Origin: Xylographa opegraphella
Lineage: Eukaryota
DNA length: 64,000 nucleotides
Direction of reading: 5' to 3'
NCBI GenBank assembly: GCA_022813865.1
Contig: JALDZX010000009.1
Span: forward strand, 248,001 to 312,000
In this document: positions 13,900 to 25,505 of the stretch, piece after piece
Numbering within the stretch: the first letter of the stretch is position 1
Layout of the letters: every line of letters starts with the position of its first letter
Notes under the pieces: model-generated
What the model was told of the DNA's origin: nothing
What the model saw: only the letters and a program-made list of their open reading frames with translations
The model's database searches: none
Position numbers and translations under genes: made by a program

Positions 13900-15430
13900 C
13901 TCCACCTTCCCCACCCGCCCTTCCCATCACGCTCCCTCGTCGAGCACAGAGGTCCTGCCAGCTCAGAATTGCAACACCAAATGTCCGTGCATGCTCACAT
14001 AGAACCCGGTTGGCTCCGGAGCCGTTCCCCACCTCAACGCATCGGACCGTATCAATGCTGCTTCTTCTCCGTGGGTATGCGTGGCCGCGAGCTGTGCCCT
14101 GCGACGAGTGTTGGGGTAGCCAGGTCGCGATACTAGCGGGAGCAACTGCTCAGATGGTGGAGGTTGATGTCGGTTGTGTTTCCTTCGGTACCGGGATATG
14201 GCGATCGGGTTGGGTTCGGCGAAAGCGTTCGCGCTTGGCGATGTAGGCTCGATCGCGGGTATTCGTTCCAGCTGCGGTTGTGGACAGAATCGCCGCGCGT
14301 TTTGCGTTGTTGGTGATGGGAAATTGGCTTTGCCGAAGGCTGCTGTGGTGGTGATGCCTGAAGACTGGTGGGTATGCCCTCCCTCCTTGCGAAGGAGACG
14401 TCGTTGGTGTGGTGTAGCTTTCACGGCTCTAGCATTTCGTCTGGTCTCTCGAGGAGGAGGTCGATGGGAAGCTGGGCGAGCAAGACTCTTTCGACACAGC
14501 GCAAGAGGATGGTGTTTTTGAGCAACTTACATTCCGGCGACTGCTTGGGTGGTGGCGTCCATGATGGCTGTTTGGGAGCGTTGTCGCTCCGATTATGCAG
14601 TGCGGTAAACACGTTAATTTGAGCGTTCAGAAAAAAGTCTTGACGTCTTGATTTGACGCACTGAATCCCAAGCTTGAAGCTGTTCTCGATCTCCCGCTGA
14701 ATGATAGGTATCAAGCGTGGTGTAATGATTGGTTTTACGGTATCAGAATTTTGGAGAAAATCCAGAAGAATGAAACTACCTAGCCATCAGGGCCACTATA
14801 TCTTGGCCTTTGAGGTCGACCTGACAATCAGCCGTTGAGAGACTACTGTTCCGAAGTACTCTATGTCAGCTCTGTAGACCGAGGAAGCTTTGATCTTCCT
14901 GTAATGCTAAGCTAGAGATAGCCTTCCGGCCTTCGATCACTTCCATGATCGACAAGATGGCCTTCCTCTCGTACCCCCAAATGATAGTCTTTGCCAAACG
15001 GTTCAGGCTACTTACAGGCTCATCTTCAAAAGCCAGTTTCTCCAGGAGAGCGAGCTTGAACTGTACCTGAGCGTCATTGGGCAGTTGCAAAGACCGCAAG
15101 ATAATATTTCCGTCCCCATCGGCCCATCGGGTGGTTCCTGGGATACTGTCTCCCTAGATGTTGAGCATACCAATTAGTCTGATCACCTCACTTGACAGTC
15201 TCCGTCGTTCATTGAGAATAGCTGTTTCGGCAGAATCAAAGTAATAGGCAACAATTGATGTGAGCTCTGATTCCGCAATAATGCTCCTTCATCAACTGAG
15301 GCAATCTGCCACACTGTGAAGCACAGAATATGTTCTGTACAGGAAAGCTAAGCAAGGCTTGGAATGGCCCAGAGTCTCATGCTCCTTTCTCGATTTCGTG
15401 CTGACCACCCTCTTTGTCAGCCCATAATTC
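13900..15430 (-). pseudogene. Degenerate protein-coding gene with multiple in-frame stops
   Basis: A frame from ATG near 15432 continues through TGA-TGA and TAG stops into ORF 14866-15099. ORF 14421-14714 and further stop-interrupted protein-like sequence follow. Family not recognised. Confidence 0.45.
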
Positions 15431-16780
15431 ATGCAACACTCTTCTCAGCGACTGGACCGCGGCGAGGATGAAGAGTTCGGGATACACAGGAGCGGAGGAA
15501 TGATATGATGGACATTAGTGAAGTAGCACATCATTTCGAAGGAATCCTGAGTCGCGCCTCAGGCCACCAGACGTGCAACAGAAATTGCGACTTTTTTTAG
15601 GCTCTCTCGGCTTTCTGCAGCGACCATTGGTCTCATAATTACACAGGGAGGGTATGTGGGAGCACACGTGGCAGATCGACAGGAACCAGGGATCGACAGT
15701 CATCCTTTCGGGGCGGAGCAGCGCGGCAGAGCAATCATCATGCAGGCGGCCCGTCCAACATGAACGGGCTTGTCCTCCATCACATTTTCGATGTCTGGAC
15801 TTTTATCCGAAACCGCTGCACTCACACGCGCCCCGAGGAACGAAGAGTCCACGCCACCAGGGCCGGGAACACAGTCGGTCTAGCTTCCCGCCGAGAGCCT
15901 CATCACTTTCTTAGTGTACGAGACTGTTGAGCTCCGGAGCGGGCGAAAAGCTTTTCATCGAACGAATTTCTGCGGACTTGCGGCCAAATGATGCTTAAAT
16001 ACGCCGCGCGTCATTTACTCTTCGTATTAATAGCAAGAGCTGTCCGCGAACTCCAAGAAAAGGCATGAAAGGCCCAACGTTCGGGGATGAAACGCTTCGT
16101 CTACGTCCCCAGACCGTTTGACGCTCCCCGCCTTCCCATTCATGCCTGAGTGGCAAGGATCCAGGGATCAGGGCTGTCGAATTGCGTTTGAATCTTGAGT
16201 CTTGAATCTTCCACGTTTTAAATCCCCGGTCCGTTCAGTTGAAGCGAGGTGTTCATTACCTCATCGCAATCTTCCTTCACCAAATATGATTCGGTTCGAA
16301 GTACGGATCGTGAAATGAGCTCTTCGTTAGGCGGGTGGCGCTCAATATTGGGCTTACGGCGAGCCCAGCCATGGCTGAGGCAGGAAGCTTTTTCTGTTTA
16401 CCGGCAGCGCGTGGCCTGATTGGCTGGCCCTGGTCGCTAGGGTCTTGTTTTGGTATGTGTGCTTTGTTACGGTACGGCACGCTAAAAAGAGAATTGCTGC
16501 AGCACCGCTAGCTCGGCTTACCTGGGACTGGCCTTTAGTCTAGCGCGCCTCCCAAGCCTCGACAGCCGGCCCACACCCCCCCTTCACCCTTATATTAGAA
16601 TTCCAGTCCCCCAAAACATCCCGAACTTCCTTCTCCCACCCGCTCGCTCGCTCTCTATCTGTACAGTTGCTTCCACAGTGATTCTTGCTGCTGCTCGCCG
16701 TACCGCCTTCAGTCACTACTTCATCGACCAATCCAATCTTCCACTCGTTTTAAGAAGATCAGATTCTTTCACTCGCCAAA

Positions 16781-17527
16781 ATGCAGTACTCCAAGATCGC
16801 TTTCCTCGCCGCCTTGGCTGCTCCCCTCGTAGCTGCCCAGGACCTGTCCGGCCTGCCGTCGTGCGCTGTACGTTGCTGCATTTGATCCACCCATTCGTTA
16901 TGCGACTTCTGACTTTGATCCCTCCAGTTGACGCCTGCCATCAGTGCTCTCAGCTCCACCGGCTGCGCTCTGACCGACGTGGCGTGCATTTGCGCCGACA
17001 CTTCCTTCCTGCATTCCCTGCAGACCACCGTGGAGGCAGTCTGCAGTCCGGCTGACCTGACGAGTAAGATTGCTCCTCGCTCAATCGTGGCCGTGCGGCA
17101 GATTCATTGACACCTTCGTGCAGAGGCCCTCCAGTTCGCGCAAACTCTCTGCCTCAGCGCCGGTGTTACGTTGACCGTCGCGACGCCCTCTGCGCTCGCA
17201 CCAGCCACGACCCCGGCTGCAGCGTCGACCACTCCCATGATGACCACCACCGCCATGGCATCGACCACCATGACCACCACCATGCCCATGTACTCCTCCT
17301 TGACCAGCGCCATGATGTCCAGCAGCGCCATGATGTCCAGCGCCACCCCATCATCCGCCGTCATCGTGTCCGTCATCTCCGATGGCCAGCCTCAGGTTCC
17401 CACCAACGCCACCACCCTCGCCTCCGCCACCATCACCCCCTTCCAGGGCGCCGCCGCCACCAACAAGGCTCAATTCGCCGGCGCCGCCATGCTGATGGGT
17501 GCCGTGGGTGCCGTGTTCGCTTTGTAA
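16781..17527 (+). CDS. Secreted CFEM-domain, Ser/Thr/Met-rich, probably GPI-anchored cell-wall protein with one PIR repeat (3 exons)
   Basis: Exons 16781-16867, 16928-17063, 17124-17527 give a signal peptide MQYSKIAFLAALAAPLVAA, CFEM LPSCA..GCALTDVACIC..VCSPAD..LC, PIR-type VISDGQPQ and a hydrophobic GPI-type tail. Confidence 0.9.
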
Positions 17528-17873
17528 AGGGGAGCTGCTCACAGCAATTGCATGGCGATTTGTTTTCTAGATCATTGAAATTACGTGAGCATGTGTGTGA
17601 CCGGAGAACCATCGTGGATGGTCGGTGGGGAGGGAAGGCGGGGTGGGGGGATTCTTTGCCCGGTGTATCATAATCAGAAAACTCGCGTTTGGCTAGGATG
17701 CGTCGGTAATGAGACGGATGGTGCATTCTACATAAAGTTTTCCTCGAAAAGAGAAAAAAATAATACACTTTGGCTATACTACCCCTTTCCACCCCCCCGC
17801 CCCCTCTCCCCCTCTTTAATCAATACATGCACGGTGAACGATGATGATAATAATGCTGCTGCTGCTCCTCAAT

Positions 17874-18388
17874 TCAATGCGGCAACCGCATCGCCCGCTC
17901 GCCCCACACGTGCCCGCACCCGCCCTCCGCCATGACGCACACGTACATCTGCGTCTTCTGGCCGCCGCCCGTCGTCGTCGACAGGAAGACGTGGCCCGCC
18001 CGATGGCAGCCCGGGCACGTCACGCTCGGCTGCCGCACTTTGTTGTTCGTCACTCGCTTGCGGAGCGGCGAGTGGAGAGTGTCTCTGGAGGCAATGGGTT
18101 TGTTAGCTGGGAGGGATCTTGGGGAGACGGATATCGGAGGCGGGCTTACGGCTCGTGCAGATGTTGCGCGTTTGGTACGAGGGCTGCGGTATCGCGTGCG
18201 TAGAGCTTGTTGGGGAAGCTATCGTCGAAGATGGCGGCTTCGCGCGCGTATAGATGCTGCTGCTGGTGGTTCTCGGCTATGGGGTGGGCTTCTCGGGCGT
18301 GGAGGTGGGGCTGTCCGGAGGTGCTGCCGGGGTGGCAGAGGGCGAAGGGGGCGGTTAGGGCGAGGAGGAGGGTGCGGGGGAGGTGCAT
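17874..18388 (-). CDS. Small secreted prepro-protein (149 aa): LxAR pro-repeats, LRKR site, C-terminal C4 zinc-ribbon-like domain
   Basis: Exons 18388-18150 and 18084-17874; intron GTAAGC...GCTAAC...CAG. Signal peptide MHLPRTLLLALTAPFALC. TATA-like TATATAAAA about 100 bp upstream. Confidence 0.8.
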
Positions 18389-18504
18389 GGTGCTGGACTG
18401 TGGAGGATTAGTGGATGGTTGGGAAGGGGAGATGTCTGCTGCTGTTGTTGTTGTTGTTGTGTGGAGGATATTGGGGGGNGGTGATGGGGCTTTTATATAG
18501 TGAG

Positions 18505-18775
18505 GAGTGGGACATGGTTGCTGTGTATCCTTCTGCATATGCGTGGATGGATATGGGATGCTGAAGACGAGAAATGGTACAGCCCCGAGGGAGTTGCTGA
18601 CCCGGTCGTACGGGTCGTGGTCGTGCTGGAGCTGCTTGGGGAGTTGGGACATGGTTGCTGTGGTTTCTTCTGTACACGTTGATGGGTATTACACCCTGAG
18701 GGCGATTACGGTACAGCCCCGAGGGTTTGCTGACCCGGTCCTTCGTGTCAAGGTCGTGCGGGAACTGGTCGAGCA
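18505..18775. repeat. Imperfect tandem duplication, unit about 135 bp
   Basis: GGGACATGGTTGCTGTG at 18509 and 18646; GGTACAGCCCCGAGGG..TTGCTGACCCGGTC at 18576 and 18710. Confidence 0.8.
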
Positions 18776-19976
18776 GAGGAATATGTGACCGGGCCCGAGT
18801 CGTTGGGTTTCCACCCAGCGGACGAGCATGTGGGGAATGACCCGGCCGTGAGGAAGGGCTGCTTGACGGGGGCGGAACGATGGAGTCTCCGCTGATGGCA
18901 TGGTGCTGTGGTCGGGGTTTTGGAAGAGCTGGTCGTTGGGGACGGGGGCTTGAGGGGCTGACCAACTGGTGTTTGATTGATGATCGTGGTATAGCCTTGA
19001 GTGGCGGTGCTTTGGGTGAGAAAGAGTTGTTTGCCTTATGTGAGGGGACTCATAAAGGGCATGCCGAACATGGGGTGATGCTTTAGAGTTCTTCACGGGC
19101 GTGAGAGCCCCTGGACCTTGCCTAAATCCTGGGGGCAGCTTTTTGAGTGCCGCTATTTCGTGGTCTTCCCCGGGAACGCTTCAGTGGGAAGCCCCCTGAA
19201 CTCCTGACTCCTTGCCAAGAGCTTCTTGGGAATGCTTGTTTATCTTTGGGTTCCTTTGGCAGAATCTAGTCCCAACACGGACAAGATGACAGATTCGGAG
19301 CGGAACAATCTCGGCGCTAACAGTTCTTGACTCTTGAGACTCCTCCACCAGAGCAACTACGCTGCACTCAGAAAATATCTCAAAGTACCCATCCGTACCC
19401 AGGCGGCCGAGTAGTGTAGAGCCCAGCCAATCATCTTACCATAAAACAGCCACGGCTCACCTGCGAGTCTGGATGTGGAAGAGGGGAACGTGTTCCGTGA
19501 TGATGTCGAGAGAAGGTGGGCTGATCAAGGGCGATCTTTCTGCTCTTTGGTCCTTCGGGTGCTGCGGATGTGCTTCTTTGAGAACGGCACCACCGTCACT
19601 GACAGGATGATTGAATCTGCGACCATCAGTTCGATCTCGTTATTAGCGCTCGCGTCGCTCACGACCACTGCCTTCGTCTAGCCGCTTTACAAGTGTACAG
19701 TACACACATGTAACACGCTCCCGAAAATGAACTCATTGGGTAAATCCACAAGAAGGGTTCTGCTGTGCTTAGATTTAGAAAGAACGCCATTGACCGGAGG
19801 GCTCTGATGCCGGCGACGCTACCTTCCGTAGCAGGATTGATTCCATGGTGACGAGGATGAAGCATTTACTTCCAGCATGTGCTTTCACTCATGCTTGATT
19901 CCCTTGCTTGATGATGTTTGTTTTGATATCCTGCTTTTCGTTGACTGTTTCCATGACCTCTTGAGCGGTCGTTACC

Positions 19977-22077
19977 ATGACTCGAATCACGCCTCGAACT
20001 TGTCTCTACCCTCTCACTGGTAGTCTCCTTCTCACCTTCACTCTCTCCATCGCACTCACCTTCCGTTCTGACCACTACTGTTATGCTGGCACCTGTGGCG
20101 AATGGCTCTTCCCCCTCCAGGCACGACTACACGTTGTGGTATGGTACTTCTGGGTCTCCATCTCTGTCGCTTTCCTCGCCGTGCGCGCTTTTCACCCGCA
20201 GCTGCGGCGCTTCCTTGTACGGCCTGTGCTGGATCGCAAACTTCTACTACTGGGCAAACGTCTGACGATTAGCGGGCTATTGGCTTTCATATCGGTTGTC
20301 TCACTCTACGGTATTGTTGTCGGTATCTGGTGGATCAGGTTGAGAGACTACTTTGAGGCACGCGGTAGCGCCGCTGGTGTTTATGAGGGGAACAAGCGTC
20401 TCGCAGCCATTGCCCTGACCGGTCATTTTTGCGACATCACTATGGGAATGGTCTTGATTCCGATTTCTAGACATAGCGCACTGGCCTCATTTTTCAAGCT
20501 TTCCGTGTCCACGACGCTTGCTTTTCACATGTTGATTGCATATACACTCTTCACTCTGGTCCTTTTGCATGCATTTCTTTACGTGTCGTGGATCCCTGTA
20601 TTCGAAAGTCTTTCGCAAAATCTTCGGATGGTTTACCCGATCCTGAACCCTACATATCTATACAACGAGACCTGGCCTGGCAATACTTCTCCATTAGGGG
20701 TCTGGCGCGCTTCTCTGATATTTACCGGTCTCACGGCTACCACAATAATTTGCCTAATATTCCTCACCACGCTACCTAGAATTCGAGGAAAGCATTTTAA
20801 CTTATTCTACTTCACTCATCTTCTAAGTATCGTGGCCGTTATCGTTATATGCCTCCACGCAAGCACGATGTTCTACTGCACAGCTCCTGGACTCGTCATG
20901 TGGGTCCTCGATTGGGGCATGCGACTGTATGAATTGAGGAAGAAATTGGATGGCAAAGTCATACACTTGGGAAATGGGTGGTACAGGTACAAACCATTTA
21001 CGATTATCCGGTCCAATGCAAACTGGCTAACAAATACCAAGCTTGATCTTGGGACTTCCTCGACACCGTCTCGACGGCTGTGCGTGCAAATCCCCACTGG
21101 CTCATTTCTACATACATCATGCCGAGTCGTCAGTACGAGAGCTCCATCCATTCACGACCATCACCCATCTCGCGTCCCAGAACAGGCTTACCCCTCCAAC
21201 GGAAAACGATCTGCCGGTACAGTTTCTCTTCCGTAAACGCGGTATAGCGACCGCTTCTGGAACCACGCCTAAGAAATATGCATGGATATCAGTGCTCAAT
21301 TTCTTCAGTATGAGACTGAAGCCATCTTTTCAATGGACGGACAAGCTCGCCGGCCTGGCTGACCGCTCTTCATCCATACCAGAAGATGTCGAGAAGATCG
21401 CATTAGACCGTTCAAGCTTGACACCCCGATCTGGTCAATTGCAAACCAGCAATATCGACCAAGCCCAGCCCGTGGCAATGGTAGACATCGGCCTCCGCCT
21501 TGAAGGCCCATATTTTACCCCAGCCGATCCTTCGCGTTATAAGACAGTCATCTGTTTCGTCGCCGGTACCGGTGTCAGTGGGGCGATCGCCATAGCCGCC
21601 GCATTCATCGATCTCAAGAGGCAGCAAGTGGCCGTCCAGAAAGAATATACTTCGTCGAATACCAAAGAAGCGTTATCCGTGCCCGCTTCATGCTCGTCAT
21701 CGAAGTCGTCCGCCTCGAGTACATGGCAACGCTGTGTTGTTTTCTGGAGCGTGCGGGCCGACGATTATGTCGAGCTACCCTTTTTCAACGGTAATTTCCT
21801 CGCTTCAACCAAGAGTTTCTTTCATGCGTTCCTTGACCAGGCTAATAGCTTCGACTTCTCAGACCCTTCCGCCTCACTCGAACTCCGCATCCACCTCACC
21901 GGCAAAGACCGGCCGCGACTTGACGTCGCCGAGGCCCTTGCGTCCATATGCAACGAGATGCCGGGAGGCTCAACTTGGTGTTACCTTTCCGGCCCCAACG
22001 CCTTCATCGCTGCAGGCGAGGCGGCGTGTAAATCCCGCCCAGGAGTGGACTTTTATGGGGCCAGGTGGGATATATAA
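19977..22077 (+). CDS. Ferric reductase-like transmembrane oxidoreductase (FRE/NOX superfamily)
   Basis: Heme His pairs (FHMLIAYTLFTLVLLHA; THLLSIVAVIVICLHA), FAD motif HPFT, NAD(P)H motifs EGPY and VAGTG; introns about 20987-21041 and 21791-21861. Confidence 0.9.
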
Positions 22078-23373
22078 TGGCCAGATGTACAAAAGGTCGG
22101 AAGTGCAAGGACGGGGTTTTGCATCATGAAGAGGGGCAGACTCGGTCAGCGTGGTGTAACTGTAGCGCCCTTGGTCGTGTCGGGGTCGTATGTGTCGTAC
22201 TGGGGGTATGAGGGCTGTCGCAGCACGTTTTGAGGGTATAGTGGTCGGATGCTTGCACTGTGGGGAATCTGGGTGGACGATGCTTGAAAAATATAGTATT
22301 TCTGGAAAACATAATTTATTCTTCTGATATGTGCGTAGCATGTGTTCTGAATTTAGGATTGAGGACCACTCATGGAATGGAGCACAGCAGCTCCCACCGG
22401 TAAACCTTCGCCGCTTTTGGGGGCGTTCCGCTGCTCAAACTTGGTGCCAAGCCTCACACTAATTGGCCGCCTCGAGACCATTTATGACAACTTTCATCTC
22501 CATGCTCACTCTTTGCTTTCTCGTGCTTGCCCGTATGCCATTATACTCAATCATGGACAGTGCGCCTTCTGCTAGGTCTGAATACTATGTCGCTGCCAAC
22601 CCTCGCATCTATGAGTCCTGCGCATGACCTGCGATCTTTCATCAAGTTTAAAATTCCACTCAATTGGTGGCCGTTGTACTGTCAACTAATGAGCAGTCAC
22701 TCCGATGATCACTCCTTATTAACTATCTGCAGGTATTCCACCTTTTCAGCTGTGTCTGCAATCGTTTCTACGCCTTGCGTTTGGCTGTTCTGATTTAACT
22801 GGTTACTGTCTGTCGAAAGTCGTCCGAAGCGACGGTGTGACATTTCACGGCAGGCCTGCTTGCTGCAGGAGCTCCAGCCACCACAAGGACGACTTTCAGC
22901 GGACTTCGGATGTCTATCTTTCCTTTAGGCGCTTTTGCCTCGTTGATCGTGTGTTTTTCTGCTGTGCTTTGCAGCTCGGGACATTTTCCCCCACTAAGGG
23001 CTCCTTTGCGACCGTAAGCCTCTACGTACTGCTGCTGCGCATTCTGGTACCGGGGCCCTCGGTGTCCATCATGAAATTAAACGTCTCGGACTTGAAGCGT
23101 TAGTGTCAATAATCCTGAACTGCCGTGTGTATTTTCAGCCACAGAGCTGAGAATTCTGGGAAAGCGCTTTAAGGTAATCTTTCCTGGAACGCCTTGCTAC
23201 GTGCGTTGTTTTAGGTCCGCATAAAGATCCCCCCGCGCGTTCACATGCCAATGGGATCACGCAACGCCCTTTATAGATGGATATAACCCACGCAATACCG
23301 CAATGCGGCGCTCAACATACAGAGGACCTCACTTGACCATCGACGCCTGAATTGAATATTCTCGTTACGCAAT

Positions 23374-24723
23374 ATGGAGACTCCGTCGTCCCGAAGCTCC
23401 ACGAGTTCTGCCTCCAGCTCTATAAAATCAGTACCCGGCAGTCCCACGAGCTCCAATTCCAGCATTGAAGATGCCGGACGGTCTCGACGAAACACTGCAA
23501 AAACTCTCTCTGCAACTCAATGTGCAGCTCTCAGCGAATTGAGAAGCCTATGTCGCACCAAGAACGTATATTGGAATTCTGCAGACCATGAAGGCTGCAG
23601 GATACCGCCAAGCAACGACGATGTTACATTATTGTATGTCATTCGATTTAAGCCTGCTTGCCCAATTTAGCCATCAGGACATCTGTCGATGCCATCTTGC
23701 AAGTATTGATTGAGTATCACCTAGGCGATATCTCCGCGCCCGCGACTTCGCCCCACAAGCCGCCTTCAAGCAATACAATGCCACTGTCATATGGCGGAGG
23801 AAGCTCGCACTGGATGAAATGTATAGGACCGCTGAGATTTGCCACTTTGAGGCGATAAGACGACTGGTAGATCTCTCCCATTACCTGTTTTTGACTTCTA
23901 TGAAGCATTACTGATGCTGTATGGCTATCAGATGCCACAATGGACAGGTCGACGAAGTCGGAATGGCGTACCCATATTCGTGTACTCGGTCTCCAAAACA
24001 CGGCCCGAGGACTTGCTCACGACAAGTAAAAAAGACCCCAGCCTCTCAAGCGTCTTCCTGCCAGCAGAATACTCGACGCAATTCGTGCAGCCACTATGTG
24101 CGCGATTACACGTCGACCGTGTCATGCCGTGCTCGATCTTCATCATCGACCTCACGGGCGTCGGGGTCCGCCATTTTTGGAACCTGCGCGCACATTTGCA
24201 GAAGGCCAGCACCATGGCCACGTCGCACTACCCAGAGTCCGTGGACAAGATATTCGTAAGTTCTCAGCGGCATTGACTCCATAGCTAGCCCCATCTTCTG
24301 ACATCTTTCGCTTCCACCCAGATCCTAGGCGCGCCATCCTTCTTCCCCGTCGTGTGGGGCTACATCAACAAGTGGTTCGAACCGAACCTGACCTCGAAGA
24401 TATCGGTCCTCGCCCACGCCGAGGCGAAGGCGGTCTTGTCACAGCACATCGATCTCGCGGACCTGCCTGCATCCTACGGCGGTACCTTGCCCTGGGAGTA
24501 CGGCACGAACCCGAACTTGGACGACGAAGCTCGAGAAATGGTTGGGAGCTTTGCGGATAACTGGATCGAAGGGCCGACCAGGTACGTCTCGAAGGAGGAC
24601 GGGGACGAAATCCACGCTGCGGGCACGGAGGGAAATGGTTTGCGGCGGACGGTTTTGGCGAAACTGCCCGTGCGGAGGGAGGAGCCGGGGGTGCTGTTCG
24701 GGGACGGGGAGGGCTGTGTGTAG
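23374..24723 (+). CDS. CRAL/TRIO (Sec14-like) lipid-binding protein, multi-exon
   Basis: DDVTLL|RYLRARDF, GVPIFVY, IIDLTGVGVRHFWNLRAHLQ..HYPESVDKIF, LPASYGGTL. Confidence 0.9.
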
Positions 24724-25505
24724 TCCCGCGGTGTCGGTAAAGGGTAGCTGCTTTGTGGTTCGATACCCTGAGCGGAGGCGAGGTGCGTCGCATATACACC
24801 CGTGTATGGGTAATGAGGAAGCGGCATGCATGGCGGGAAGCCGAGCGTCTGCGCTATTTCACCTTATGATCCCCGGGTCGGTGACGATGAGGATGAAGAT
24901 GAAGATGAAGCTTGCTGCCTTTTCTCGTCTGGGTCTGTTTATTGCATGCAGTGAGCCCCGTCCGAGTAAACGCTTCTTTCCTGGTCGATAAAGTGCACCC
25001 GCCGTTACCGAGTTCCCTACCAAGCCAAAGGTTCCTTAAGATTACCGAAGCTGGCTCTCGCTAGACTACTTCGAGGCTAAGATTGGTTGGGCTTCATAAC
25101 GACCTGTTTGCTCTCGGCGTATCTCGTTACCAGCAGTAACCAGACCTCCCAGACAGGCCACCCACTCGATAGTCTGCGTCCTGATCACCATATCTACCTT
25201 ACACGACAACAAGAGGCCAATCACCATCCCCAAACCCCAACCCAAAAAAATCAGGCTTTGCACAAAGAGCATGGATTTCCATATATACTGTCATCCTAAG
25301 GTAACCCACTGTCTCACTCCGCGCACCCCCCCCCGCGCCAACTTATCAAAAGCATAACCAGCAAACGCCCGCCCTAATGAGTTCCCCCGATGCCCACCCG
25401 ATCCTCCCACCCTGATGCGCCCCAGTCCCGCGCACTGAAATGCGATGTCCTTCTGTGCCCCACCCGAACCTTTTCCATGTCCCGGATCCAATTTACGGCT
25501 CCGCT

